In this document: one piece after another, positions 36,849 to 46,233 of the stretch
How the letters are laid out: every line of letters begins with the position of its first letter
How positions within the stretch are numbered: the first letter of the stretch is position 1
Assembly (NCBI GenBank): GCA_016235455.1
Contig: JACRKZ010000126.1
Coordinates: 1-53,190 of the forward strand
Origin: Armatimonadota bacterium
GTDB taxonomy: Bacteria; Armatimonadota; UBA10988
Direction of reading: 5' to 3'
DNA length: 53,190 bases
The notes under the pieces: model-generated
What the model was told of the DNA's origin: nothing
Databases searched by the model: none
Seen by the model: only the letters and a program-made list of their open reading frames with translations
Made by a program: the position numbers and the translations under genes

Positions 36849-38333
36849 CTACTCCGCCAGCGCCGGCAGGTTGCGCAGCCGGTGCAGCGTGCGCTCACGA
36901 CCCACAGCGACACAGACTTCGAAGGCGCTAGGCCCCACGCTCTGGCCGGTCAGCGCCGTGCGCATGCCGTTGATCAGCAGGCCGGCGCCAACGCCCTGCT
37001 CTTCCGCGAAGCCGCGTAGCGCGGCTTCGAGCGCGTCGTGCTCGAACTCTGCGGCCTCGAACCGGTCGGCCAGGCCGGCCAGCAGCACGGGCAGGCGTGG
37101 GTCCTTGGCCAGGTTCTTCTTCACCGCCGCGGCGTCGAAGACGACGCGGTCGCCCAGGTAGGCGGCGCCCTGCGTGACGAAGTCCTCCAGCGTCCAGAAC
37201 CGCTGGCGGATCAGATCGATGGTGGCGCGGAACCACTCGGCGCGCTCGCCCTCGAAGGCGTCGTCCCACAGGCCGGCGCGCTCGAGCCACGGCCGCAGGT
37301 GCGGCATCAGTTCCTCGAGCGTCATGGTGCGCAGCCACTCGGCGTTGAGGCTCTGGGCCTTGGCGTCGGTCCACTGCTTGGGGTTGTTCGCGTCGAAGGT
37401 GAACTTGGCGTTGGCCCGGCCGACGCGGGCGATGTCGAAGCGCTCGATGAGTTCGGCGCGGTTGAACATCTCGCGCGTGTCACCATCGCCCGCCGAATAG
37501 CCGACCAGCGCCATGAAGTTGACCATGGCCTCGGGCAGGAAGCCCTTGTCGCGGTAGGTGGTGATGCTGACCACTTCGCCATGCTTGCGCTTGGAAAGCT
37601 TGGAGCCGTCGGGCGCCATGATCAGCGCCGTGTGGGCAAACTGTGGCACGGGCGCGCCCATGGCCTGGTACAGCAGCACCTGCTTGGGCGTGTTCGACAG
37701 ATGATCCTGACCACGCAGAATGTGCGTGATAGCCTCATCCACGTCGTCGCACACGACGCTCAGCATGTACAGCGGTGAGCCGTCCTGCCGCAGCAGCACG
37801 AAATCCTCGATCTCATTGGGATCGATCACCTGGTCGCCGTAGACCAGGTCGGTGAAGGTCACCGAATCGCCCTCGCGTGGCACGCGGAAGCGCACCACCG
37901 ACGGCAGGCCCTGCTCGGCGCGACGCGCCTGCTCGGCTTCGTCGATGACACAGCCGTAGCCGGTGTACTTCCAGGAGCGCACGCCGCGCGCGTTGGCTTC
38001 CTCGCGGACCCGACCGATCTCCTCGGTGGTGGCGTAGCAGCGGTAGGCGTGGCCCGAGGCCAGCAGATCCGCCGCGGCCTGGGTGTGGCGCGGCAGGTTG
38101 TGGCTCTGGTAGATGGGACCGATGTCGTAGTCCAGCCCGAGCCAGGCCATGGAGTCCAGGATGACGTCGACGCTCGCCTGGGTGGAGCGTTCGTGGTCTG
38201 TGTCTTCGATGCGCAGCACGAACTCGCCGCCATGCTGGCGTGCGAACAGCCAACTGAACAGCGCCGTGCGCGCGCTGCCGACATGGAAATAGCCCGTCGG
38301 CGACGGGGCCATGCGGGTTCTGACGTTTGCCAC
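36849..38333 (-). CDS. gltX: Glutamate--tRNA ligase
   Basis: RMAPSPTGYFHVGSAR (HIGH-like), LRIEDTD, ITHILRGQDH and KLSKR motifs. Confidence 0.96.
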   Translation of the reverse strand: MANVRTRMAPSPTGYFHVGSARTALFSWLFARQHGGEFVLRIEDTDHERSTQASVDVILDSMAWLGLDYDIGPIYQSHNLPRHTQAAADLLASGHAYRCYATTEEIGRVREEANARGVRSWKYTGYGCVIDEAEQARRAEQGLPSVVRFRVPREGDSVTFTDLVYGDQVIDPNEIEDFVLLRQDGSPLYMLSVVCDDVDEAITHILRGQDHLSNTPKQVLLYQAMGAPVPQFAHTALIMAPDGSKLSKRKHGEVVSITTYRDKGFLPEAMVNFMALVGYSAGDGDTREMFNRAELIERFDIARVGRANAKFTFDANNPKQWTDAKAQSLNAEWLRTMTLEELMPHLRPWLERAGLWDDAFEGERAEWFRATIDLIRQRFWTLEDFVTQGAAYLGDRVVFDAAAVKKNLAKDPRLPVLLAGLADRFEAAEFEHDALEAALRGFAEEQGVGAGLLINGMRTALTGQSVGPSAFEVCVAVGRERTLHRLRNLPALAE

Positions 38334-38357
38334 CGCTCGTCTCCTGGTCTCTCTGGA

Positions 38358-38390
38358 AAAGACAAACGGGGCGCGGATCTCCGCGCCCCG
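38358..38390 (-). terminator. Intrinsic terminator after argG
   Basis: Stem CGGGGCGCGG/CCGCGCCCCG followed on the minus strand by TTTGTCTTT. Confidence 0.7.
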
Positions 38391-38420
38391 CTGGCCTTGC
38401 TTCGCGGTCCGGGGCCGCGA

Positions 38421-39623
<1,203 letters not shown>

Positions 39624-39812
39624 GGTGTTGGAACCTCCACGACGACATAACGAATAGCGACGCGTACGCTTCGCCGTACTCATACTACCACGCCTGACCA
39701 GAAGGGCAATGGCGCGGTGGACGTAGGCCGGGGGACGCGAGAGGCGCGAAAGACGCCCCGACGCCCAGGCCGAAGCGAGCTACGCAGGAGCAGCTCGCCG
39801 GCCCACATCGCG

Positions 39813-41057
39813 CTACTTGCCCGCCATCTGGTCCTTGGTATGGCATTGGGTGCAGAACTTGGTGTTGTGGCACTTGGTGCAGAGCGACTTCTCGCCGAAC
39901 TTGACCTCGCCGTTGTGGCCATAGACGAACCCGCTCGGGTGCGGCATGGCGGTGCCGTGGCAGGCCTGGCAGTCGCGGCTCTGATGACAGCGCCCGCAGT
40001 CCTCGCGGCCGGCCAGCGCTTCCTTGCCATGGGTCTTGACGAAGCTGTCCGGATGGGGCATCTCGCGGCCGTGGCAGTTGTTGCAGGTGGCCTTGTCGTG
40101 GCACTTGGCGCAGGTCTTGGGCGAGCGCTTGGCGTCCTTGCCGTGCTGCGCGCCGAAGGTCGGCGGGTGCGGCATCTTGAGCCCGTGGCAGCTATCGCAG
40201 AAGTTCTGCTGGTGACACACGCCGCACGCCGGCTGGTTCTGCTTGGCCGCGGCCGGATGACGCGTGACGAAGTCCTGGCCGTGCGGATTGCGGCTGCTGT
40301 GGCACCTGGTGCAGTCGTCCTTCTCATGGCACTTGGCGCACAGGCGCTGGTCGGTGCGGCCGTGAACCGCTTTGAAGGTGGCCGGGTGCGGCATGGTCAG
40401 GCCGTTGTGACAGTTGGCGCACCACTGCGGCTCATGGCACTGGCCGCAGACCTTGGGCTTGGCCTTGGCGTCGGCCATGTGGCTGCCGGCGAAGCCGCTG
40501 GGATGCGGCAACTCGAGCCCGTGGCAGTTGCTGCACTCACGGCGCTGGTGGCAGTAGGTGCAGGAGAGCGTCGCCTCATCACGGCCGTGGCCGCGCGGGA
40601 AGCCGGCGCGCTGGTGCGAGGCCGGCTTGGTGACTGCGGTGTCGGCGTGGCAGGTGCGGCACTTGTCGCTGGCCTGCTGGCCGTCATGGCAGGCCACGCA
40701 GGCCTTGCTCACGCCCCAGGTATGGCGTGCCACGGCCTTGTCGGCGGGCTGCTTGGCGTGGTCCTCGGCGGTGTGACAGGCGTTGCAGTGCAGGCCGCGG
40801 TCGGCGTGCTTGGCGTGCGAGAAGCGCACGCGCGCCGGCGCGTCGGCCAGCGGCGTATGGCACTCGAAGCAGGTCAGCCCGGTGATCGTCTTGCCGTCGG
40901 CGGTGGGCACGGCAGTCACGCCCGGCTTGAGGTGAGCCGAGGTGACAGCGGCCTGCTGCTTGCCGCGCACCGCGGGCCCACACTGGGTGAGCAGCGGCAC
41001 GAGCGCGGCGCAACAAAGCGCGATCAGGCTAGCGCGTCGAGATCGGCCCATCGCCAT
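39813..41057 (-). CDS. 18-heme c-type cytochrome with tandem diheme repeats (possible lipoprotein)
   Basis: I counted 18 CxxCH motifs. N-terminal signal ends in LLTQC. Seven tandem CxxCH-x4-CxxCH pairs. Confidence 0.9.
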   Translation of the reverse strand: MAMGRSRRASLIALCCAALVPLLTQCGPAVRGKQQAAVTSAHLKPGVTAVPTADGKTITGLTCFECHTPLADAPARVRFSHAKHADRGLHCNACHTAEDHAKQPADKAVARHTWGVSKACVACHDGQQASDKCRTCHADTAVTKPASHQRAGFPRGHGRDEATLSCTYCHQRRECSNCHGLELPHPSGFAGSHMADAKAKPKVCGQCHEPQWCANCHNGLTMPHPATFKAVHGRTDQRLCAKCHEKDDCTRCHSSRNPHGQDFVTRHPAAAKQNQPACGVCHQQNFCDSCHGLKMPHPPTFGAQHGKDAKRSPKTCAKCHDKATCNNCHGREMPHPDSFVKTHGKEALAGREDCGRCHQSRDCQACHGTAMPHPSGFVYGHNGEVKFGEKSLCTKCHNTKFCTQCHTKDQMAGK

Positions 41058-41741
41058 TCGTGTCCCCGCCGCGGCCCGCGGCATCCAGTCGTTCGAGTTC
41101 AGCCGGGTGATGTTCGTGCATCTCGTCGCGCGACATCTGCCCGGTCAGCCAGACCATGTTGAACGGCTTGATTCCGCCGGCCAGGTGCACGTGATAGACG
41201 TGACCGACCAGCAGGAAGATCAGCGCCAGCACGCTCTCCAGGCTGTGCAAGTGGAAAGCCACATCGTAGGCCTGTGCGCCGAACAGGCGGTGCGCGATGT
41301 CCTTGAACCACAGCACGAAGCCGGTGCTGATCATCAGGCAACTGCCGCCCGTGGCCGCCCAGTAGTCGAACTTCTCCAGGAAGGAGTAGCGCTCGTAGTG
41401 GGGCTCGGTCGCAGGCCGACCAGATAGAGCGCCAGGTGCCAGGCGTCGGTCAGATCGCGCAGCCGCGGCAGCGTGCTGGGCCGGAACGTGCCCTGGCGGT
41501 AGCGCCCGATCAGGTAGCTCGCGTGCCACAACATGCAGACCAGCAGCATGATGCCGCCCACGCGGTGGATGGCGACCATGGTCTGCGCGCCGCCGAACAG
41601 CGAGGCCACGATTTGCGCGGGCTTGGTGTCGGCATAGCGCTGGGGCACACCGGTCAAGCCAAGCAGCAGCACCGACGTCACCAGCAACTGGTGCTGGCGG
41701 ATCTGGCTGCGGTCCCAGCGTTGATAGCGCCGTCCGCTCAT
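41029..41741 (-). pseudogene. Cytochrome b subunit (FdnI/CbcL-type), split by a 1-nt frameshift near 41410
   Basis: ORF 41334-41741 gives the N-half (QHQLL...LTGVP, IHRVGG). ORF 41029-41529 gives the C-half (PHYERYSFLEKFDYWA, HSLESVLA, GHVYHVH, WLTGQMS, EHHPAE). Confidence 0.8.
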
Positions 41742-42685
41742 GCCTTACCTCCGCTTTGAGCCGCGGCGCGGCTCGCGTTGATCTTGCGCCGGATGATGTC
41801 GAGCAGAATGTGCAAGAACATGGTGCCCAGCACGAGAGTCATCATCAGGATGTGGATCTTGCTGATCAGGAAGACCAGGGGTCGCACCGCCAGACTTGGC
41901 ACTTCGTGCCCGAAGCCCTTGGCGAAGGCCTCGCTGGTGCCCGGATGGCAGCCCTCGCGGCCGCAGCCCTCGGTGTGGTTGGCGGGATTGACCGTCGACT
42001 TGGGGTCCTTCGGACCGCGAATCTCGTGGACCGACGCGGCCGGCGCATGGCAGCTGGTACAAACCGCCACGCGAGCGTCGCCGATCAGGCGCTTGCGGCC
42101 GTGGAAGTGGTGCTCAAACGTCTTGACCACGTTGGTACTGACGTTGTACTGCGCCATGACCTGGCCGTCGGCGTGGCACTTGGCGCAGGTATGGAGTTGC
42201 TGCGCGGGATTGACCGGGCTCTCGATATCATCGGTCATGCTGATGGCATGGTTGCCGTGGCAGTCGTCACACAGTGGCACGCCCCGCTTGCCGGCGCGCG
42301 TCGCCTCGCCGTGCACGCTCTGCTGGTAGCTGGCGAATTCCTTCTCGTGGCAGCCCATGCAGTTGGCCACGGCCACGGCGCGCGCCTTGGGCAGCTTGGC
42401 CACATACGGCGCGAACGCGGGCTTGACGGCCGGCTGCCGGCCCAGCGCCAGGTCGTGCGGACCCAGGCCAAGGTCGCCATGACAGCCGAGACAGCCTTTC
42501 TTGGCGTGCGCGGTGGCGAAGAAGTGCTGCGCATCGACGTACAGCGAGCGGACCTTGCCGTCGGCGTCGCGTTCGGCCAGGCGCTCGTTGCTGTGGCAGA
42601 CCAGGCAATCGTTGCTGACGTCGGCACGCGCGGTCGCGGCCAGCATCAGGCAGCTTGCCAGGCCAAGGAGACGCATCCTCATCAC
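41738..42685 (-). CDS. Membrane-anchored multiheme cytochrome c (6 CxxCH + 1 CxxxxCH), CbcL-periplasmic-domain-like
   Basis: Signal peptide; Y-x-x-SVHG...P-x-C-x-DCHG-x-H-x-I pattern; CGREGCH; C-terminal TM helix containing His (FLHILLD). Confidence 0.88.
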   Translation of the reverse strand: MMRMRLLGLASCLMLAATARADVSNDCLVCHSNERLAERDADGKVRSLYVDAQHFFATAHAKKGCLGCHGDLGLGPHDLALGRQPAVKPAFAPYVAKLPKARAVAVANCMGCHEKEFASYQQSVHGEATRAGKRGVPLCDDCHGNHAISMTDDIESPVNPAQQLHTCAKCHADGQVMAQYNVSTNVVKTFEHHFHGRKRLIGDARVAVCTSCHAPAASVHEIRGPKDPKSTVNPANHTEGCGREGCHPGTSEAFAKGFGHEVPSLAVRPLVFLISKIHILMMTLVLGTMFLHILLDIIRRKINASRAAAQSGGKA

Positions 42686-43611
42686 TTGGCGCCACCTTCC
42701 TTGGTCATCTTGTCAAAGGGCTTGGGCAGGGGATCATGGCACTGCCCGCAGAACCTGGTGTCGTGGCAGTTCAGGCAGGCGGTCGGCTTGGCCTTGGCCT
42801 CGCGTTCGTGCTTCTCCGCGAAGTTCTCGGCGTGCGGGATCTTGACCGAGTGGCAGCGATTGCAGAACGACTCCTGCTCGTGACACATCAGGCATTCGTC
42901 CTGCTTGCCCTTGGCATCGGCTTTGTGCTTGAGCCGGAAGCTCTTGCTCTTGTGGCTGTCGGGCCGGGGCACGTCCGCACCGTGGCATTCGGCGCAGAGC
43001 TCGCCTTGCGGCTTGTTCAGCAGCTTCTTCTCGGTCGTGCCGTGGAAGCTGTGGCACTGGCTGCAGGCCAGCGCGCCTTCGGCCAGCGTGTGGTGCTTCT
43101 TGGCCTTGATCTGGTCGGCCAGATCGTCGTGGCAGGGCGAACACTCTTGGCCCTCGGCGGGCTTGAGCATCTTGGTCCGGCCCGTGGAGCGATGCACCTC
43201 ATGACATTCGGTGCAGGTGGTCACCGCCGCATGGCCGCGCGCGAACCACAGGTCGCTGCTGAGCCCCTGCTTGGCGTGGCACTGCAGGCAGACCTTGGCC
43301 TGCGCTTCACCGTCGAGCTTGGCCCAGGAGGTGATCTGCGCGCGATCCTTGGAGACATGCACGCTGCCCGCGCCGTGACACGCCTCGCACCCGCGCTTGT
43401 CCGCGGGCAGCGTGTCGGCCAGCATGGCCTCGCTGTGTCGGAGCGAGGCCCACAGCTTGGCGAAGCTGCTGTGGCAGGTCATGCAGATGGGGGTGCCAAC
43501 CACCGCCGGCCTGGCCGGCTCGGCCTGCGCCACCGCCAACAGCAGCCCTACGGCTACGGCCAGCGGAAAGGCGACTCCCATGGGGTTGATACGTCGGTCC
43601 AGCGTCTTCAT
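42682..43611 (-). CDS. 11-heme cytochrome c, DmsE/MtrA-like N-terminus plus two diheme modules
   Basis: Signal peptide and 11 CxxCH. GCEACHGAGS-x-H, CTECH-x-x-H and CSQCH-x-x-HG are typical of DmsE/MtrA. Start uncertain (43581, 43611 or 43620). Confidence 0.88.
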   Translation of the reverse strand: MKTLDRRINPMGVAFPLAVAVGLLLAVAQAEPARPAVVGTPICMTCHSSFAKLWASLRHSEAMLADTLPADKRGCEACHGAGSVHVSKDRAQITSWAKLDGEAQAKVCLQCHAKQGLSSDLWFARGHAAVTTCTECHEVHRSTGRTKMLKPAEGQECSPCHDDLADQIKAKKHHTLAEGALACSQCHSFHGTTEKKLLNKPQGELCAECHGADVPRPDSHKSKSFRLKHKADAKGKQDECLMCHEQESFCNRCHSVKIPHAENFAEKHEREAKAKPTACLNCHDTRFCGQCHDPLPKPFDKMTKEGGAK

Positions 43612-43618
43612 CTCGACC

Positions 43619-43685
43619 ATCGTAGGTACAAGGCTCCTGCCAGACGGCGCCCGCGTAGTATAATGGACAGTAGTATCCAGGTCCA
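43619..43685. promoter_or_regulatory. Divergent promoter region between cytochrome operon and radical SAM genes
   Basis: Perfect TATAAT (43659-43664, +), TACGAT (43619-43624, -), and a short TGGAC-N12-GTCCA inverted repeat. Confidence 0.5.
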
Positions 43686-43744
43686 GTTCTATGGTGCCGA
43701 ATCGGCGACGTTGGCCGACCGGCAACGAGGTGGAGGCGCACTAC

Positions 43745-45016
43745 ATGCTCAGCGTGACTCGTTTGCTCTGCGGCACGGCCACAACCAGTGACGCACTACG
43801 TTATGGTCGGCGTGCCGGCAAGATGCCTGCCCACCTGCTGCACTTCTCAGAAGACAAGAAGCCGGTCGTTGTCTGGAACTGCACGCGCACCTGCAATCTC
43901 AAGTGCATTCATTGCTATGCCAGCTCGCGGGACGAGGTTTACCCCGGTGAGTTGAACGGCGACGAGGGCCGGGCCCTGCTCGATGATCTCGCCGCCTTCG
44001 GCGTGCCCGTCGTGCTCTTCAGCGGCGGTGAGCCGTTGATGCGGCACGACATTTTCGAGATGGCGGCGTACGCCAAGTCGTTGGGCATGCGCGCGGTGCT
44101 GTCGACCAACGGCATCCTGATCGATGAAGCCAACGCCGACCGGATCAAAGAAGTCGGCTTCTCTTATGTGGGCATCAGCCTCGATGGCCTGGAAGAAGTC
44201 CACGACAAAGTGCGCGGCGTGCGCGGGGCCTTCAACAGCTCCATCGATGCCATTCGTCGCTGCCGCGCGCGTGACATCCGAGTCGGCCTGCGCTACACCG
44301 TGCACAAGCTCAACATCGACGAGTTGCCCGGCATCTTCGACCTGCTGGAAGCAGAGGACATCCCGCGCTGCTGCTTCTACCACCTGGCCTATGCCGGTCG
44401 TGGCGACAAGCTCCAGCGCTTCGACCTGACACCGCCCGAGACGCGCAAGGCGATCGACTACCTGTTCGAGCGCACGCTGGACTTCCACCAGCGGGGGCTG
44501 GATAAAGAGATCCTCACCGTCGACAACCACACCGACAACGCCTACCTCTACCTCAAGGTGCTGGAGATGGACCCGGCTCGTGCTCGCGAGGTCTACCAGA
44601 TGCTGGCTTGGAACGGTGGCAACCAGTCGGGTATCGCCATCGTCTGTGTCGACAACCTCGGCAATGTCCATCCGGACCAGTTCTCCTGGCATGTCGACCT
44701 GGGCAACGTCAAGGACCGGCCGTTCTCCGAGATCTGGGAAGATACCAGCAACCCGCTGATGGCACTGATGAAGGAGAAGCCGCGGCAGATCACCGGCAAG
44801 TGCAGCCGCTGCCGCTTCTTTGGCTTGTGCAACGGCAACCTGCGCGTGCGAGCACACAGCTTCCACGGCGACTGGCGTGCGGAGGATCCTGCCTGCTACC
44901 TGACCGAGGAAGAGATCGACATCAACCTGCCCGTGCCCGACCTGTCGCAACCGGTCATTGTGGATCCGGCCGACCCCGCGGACGAGGCCGAGGCTGTGAG
45001 CGAGTGTGGCCGATGA
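43745..45016 (+). CDS. ahbC: Radical SAM/SPASM protein, AhbC/NirJ1-like (Fe-coproporphyrin synthase-like)
   Basis: MLSVTRLL...DALRYGR, KKPVVVWNCTRTCNLKCIHCY, FSGGEP, EILTVDNH, G-x-VHPDQF and SPASM CSRC...C...DPACY. Confidence 0.82.
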   Translation: MLSVTRLLCGTATTSDALRYGRRAGKMPAHLLHFSEDKKPVVVWNCTRTCNLKCIHCYASSRDEVYPGELNGDEGRALLDDLAAFGVPVVLFSGGEPLMRHDIFEMAAYAKSLGMRAVLSTNGILIDEANADRIKEVGFSYVGISLDGLEEVHDKVRGVRGAFNSSIDAIRRCRARDIRVGLRYTVHKLNIDELPGIFDLLEAEDIPRCCFYHLAYAGRGDKLQRFDLTPPETRKAIDYLFERTLDFHQRGLDKEILTVDNHTDNAYLYLKVLEMDPARAREVYQMLAWNGGNQSGIAIVCVDNLGNVHPDQFSWHVDLGNVKDRPFSEIWEDTSNPLMALMKEKPRQITGKCSRCRFFGLCNGNLRVRAHSFHGDWRAEDPACYLTEEEIDINLPVPDLSQPVIVDPADPADEAEAVSECGR

Positions 45017-46164
45017 GCAACGAACACCCCCCACTCCACGCGCAAGCCGCCGCTGAGCGACACCGCCACGACGCGCGCATGCCGACGGTCGACTTCAACC
45101 TGGCGCCGTTCACCGTCGTCTGGGAGATGACCCGCGCCTGCGTGCTGCGCTGTGTGCACTGCCGCGCCGTGGCCCAGCGATCGCGCCATCCCAAGGAGCT
45201 GACGACCGACGAAGGCAAGGGGCTGCTGCGCACCATCAAGGAGTTCGGCAACCCGATCCTCGTGCTGACCGGCGGCGACCCGCTGATGCGGCCTGACCTG
45301 ACGGAGTTGATCAGCTACGCCGTGCAGGACCTGGGCCTGCGCGCCTCGCTGACGCCGAGTTCGACGCCGCTGGTCACCAAGGCGCGGCTCGAGGAGATCA
45401 AGGCCGCGGGCATCAAGCGCCTGGCCATGAGCCTCGATGGCGCCACGGCCGAGGTGCACGATGCCTTCCGCGGGTTCAGCGGCTCGTTTGAGCGCACCAT
45501 GGGCATCCTGGCCAGCTTGCGCGAGATCGACCTGCCGTTCCAGATCAACACCACGGTCACCAACACCAACGTCGACACGCTGCCCGAGATCATGGAGCAT
45601 GTGCGGGCCAGCGGCGCAGTGCAGTGGAGCGTCTTCTTCCTGGTGCCCACGGGCCGGGCGAACGTCGAGCAGATGGTCTCGCCCGAACGCCACGAGGAGC
45701 TGATGCACTGGCTGGCCGAACTCAGCGAGTCCGCGGTGTTCGACATCAAGTCCACAGCAGCGCCATTCTACCGGCGCGTGGCCATCGAGCGCCGTCGCGC
45801 CGCGGCTGGCGGTGGGCCGGTGACCTTCGCTGGTGCCGGCTTCCGCTACGAGGACGGCCTGGATCGACCGGTGCAGGGCGTCAACGACGCCAAGGGCTTC
45901 GTGTTCATCTCGCACATCGGCGAGGTCTACCCCAACGGATTCCTGCCGGTAAGCGCAGGCAACATCCGTGACGAGAGCCTGGTCGACATCTACCGCGACA
46001 GCCAGCTCTTCCGCGACTTGCGCAACCCCGACAAGCTGACCGGCAAGTGCGGTCGCTGCGGGTATCGCGAGGTCTGTGGAGGCAGTCGGGCCCGAGCCTA
46101 CGGGGTCACGGGCGACATGTTCGCCGACGACCCGGCCTGCTCATACCAGCCCCCGAGCGCGTAA
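45013..46164 (+). CDS. Radical SAM/SPASM protein, TIGR04053/AhbD-like
   Basis: DF-x-x-APF-x-V-x-WEMTRACVLRCVHCRA, LTGGDP, FFLVPTGR, VND-x-KGFVFISH-x-G and CGRC...CGGSRARAY...DPAC. ATGA overlap with the upstream gene. Confidence 0.82.
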   Translation: MSNEHPPLHAQAAAERHRHDARMPTVDFNLAPFTVVWEMTRACVLRCVHCRAVAQRSRHPKELTTDEGKGLLRTIKEFGNPILVLTGGDPLMRPDLTELISYAVQDLGLRASLTPSSTPLVTKARLEEIKAAGIKRLAMSLDGATAEVHDAFRGFSGSFERTMGILASLREIDLPFQINTTVTNTNVDTLPEIMEHVRASGAVQWSVFFLVPTGRANVEQMVSPERHEELMHWLAELSESAVFDIKSTAAPFYRRVAIERRRAAAGGGPVTFAGAGFRYEDGLDRPVQGVNDAKGFVFISHIGEVYPNGFLPVSAGNIRDESLVDIYRDSQLFRDLRNPDKLTGKCGRCGYREVCGGSRARAYGVTGDMFADDPACSYQPPSA

Positions 46165-46168
46165 CGGA

Positions 46169-46220
46169 AAACGGTGTCAGGACCCGTTTCTCGACAGAGA
46201 AACGGGTCCTGACACCGTTT
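46169..46220. repeat. Perfect 24-bp inverted repeat (REP-like / bidirectional terminator)
   Basis: AAACGGTGTCAGGACCCGTTTCTC-GACA-GAGAAACGGGTCCTGACACCGTTT between convergent genes. Confidence 0.85.
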
Positions 46221-46233
46221 ATGGTTTTGGGGC

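Noticed and set aside
39624-39683. Arg-rich N-terminal extension of argG as an arginine-sensing leader
   Set aside because: It is in frame with argG, its ATG overlaps a likely -10 (TAGTAT), a strong GGAGG SD precedes ATG 39623, and no attenuator structure is evident.
39680-40687. Repetitive TA/PAT-rich ORFs and DNA periodicity resembling a repeat array
   Set aside because: These are alternative-frame readings of the CxxCH modules, not CRISPR or a separate gene.
43745-46164. Radical SAM/SPASM pair as RiPP maturases
   Set aside because: The motifs fit the Ahb/NirJ heme-synthesis group, and no precursor peptide or RRE domain is nearby.
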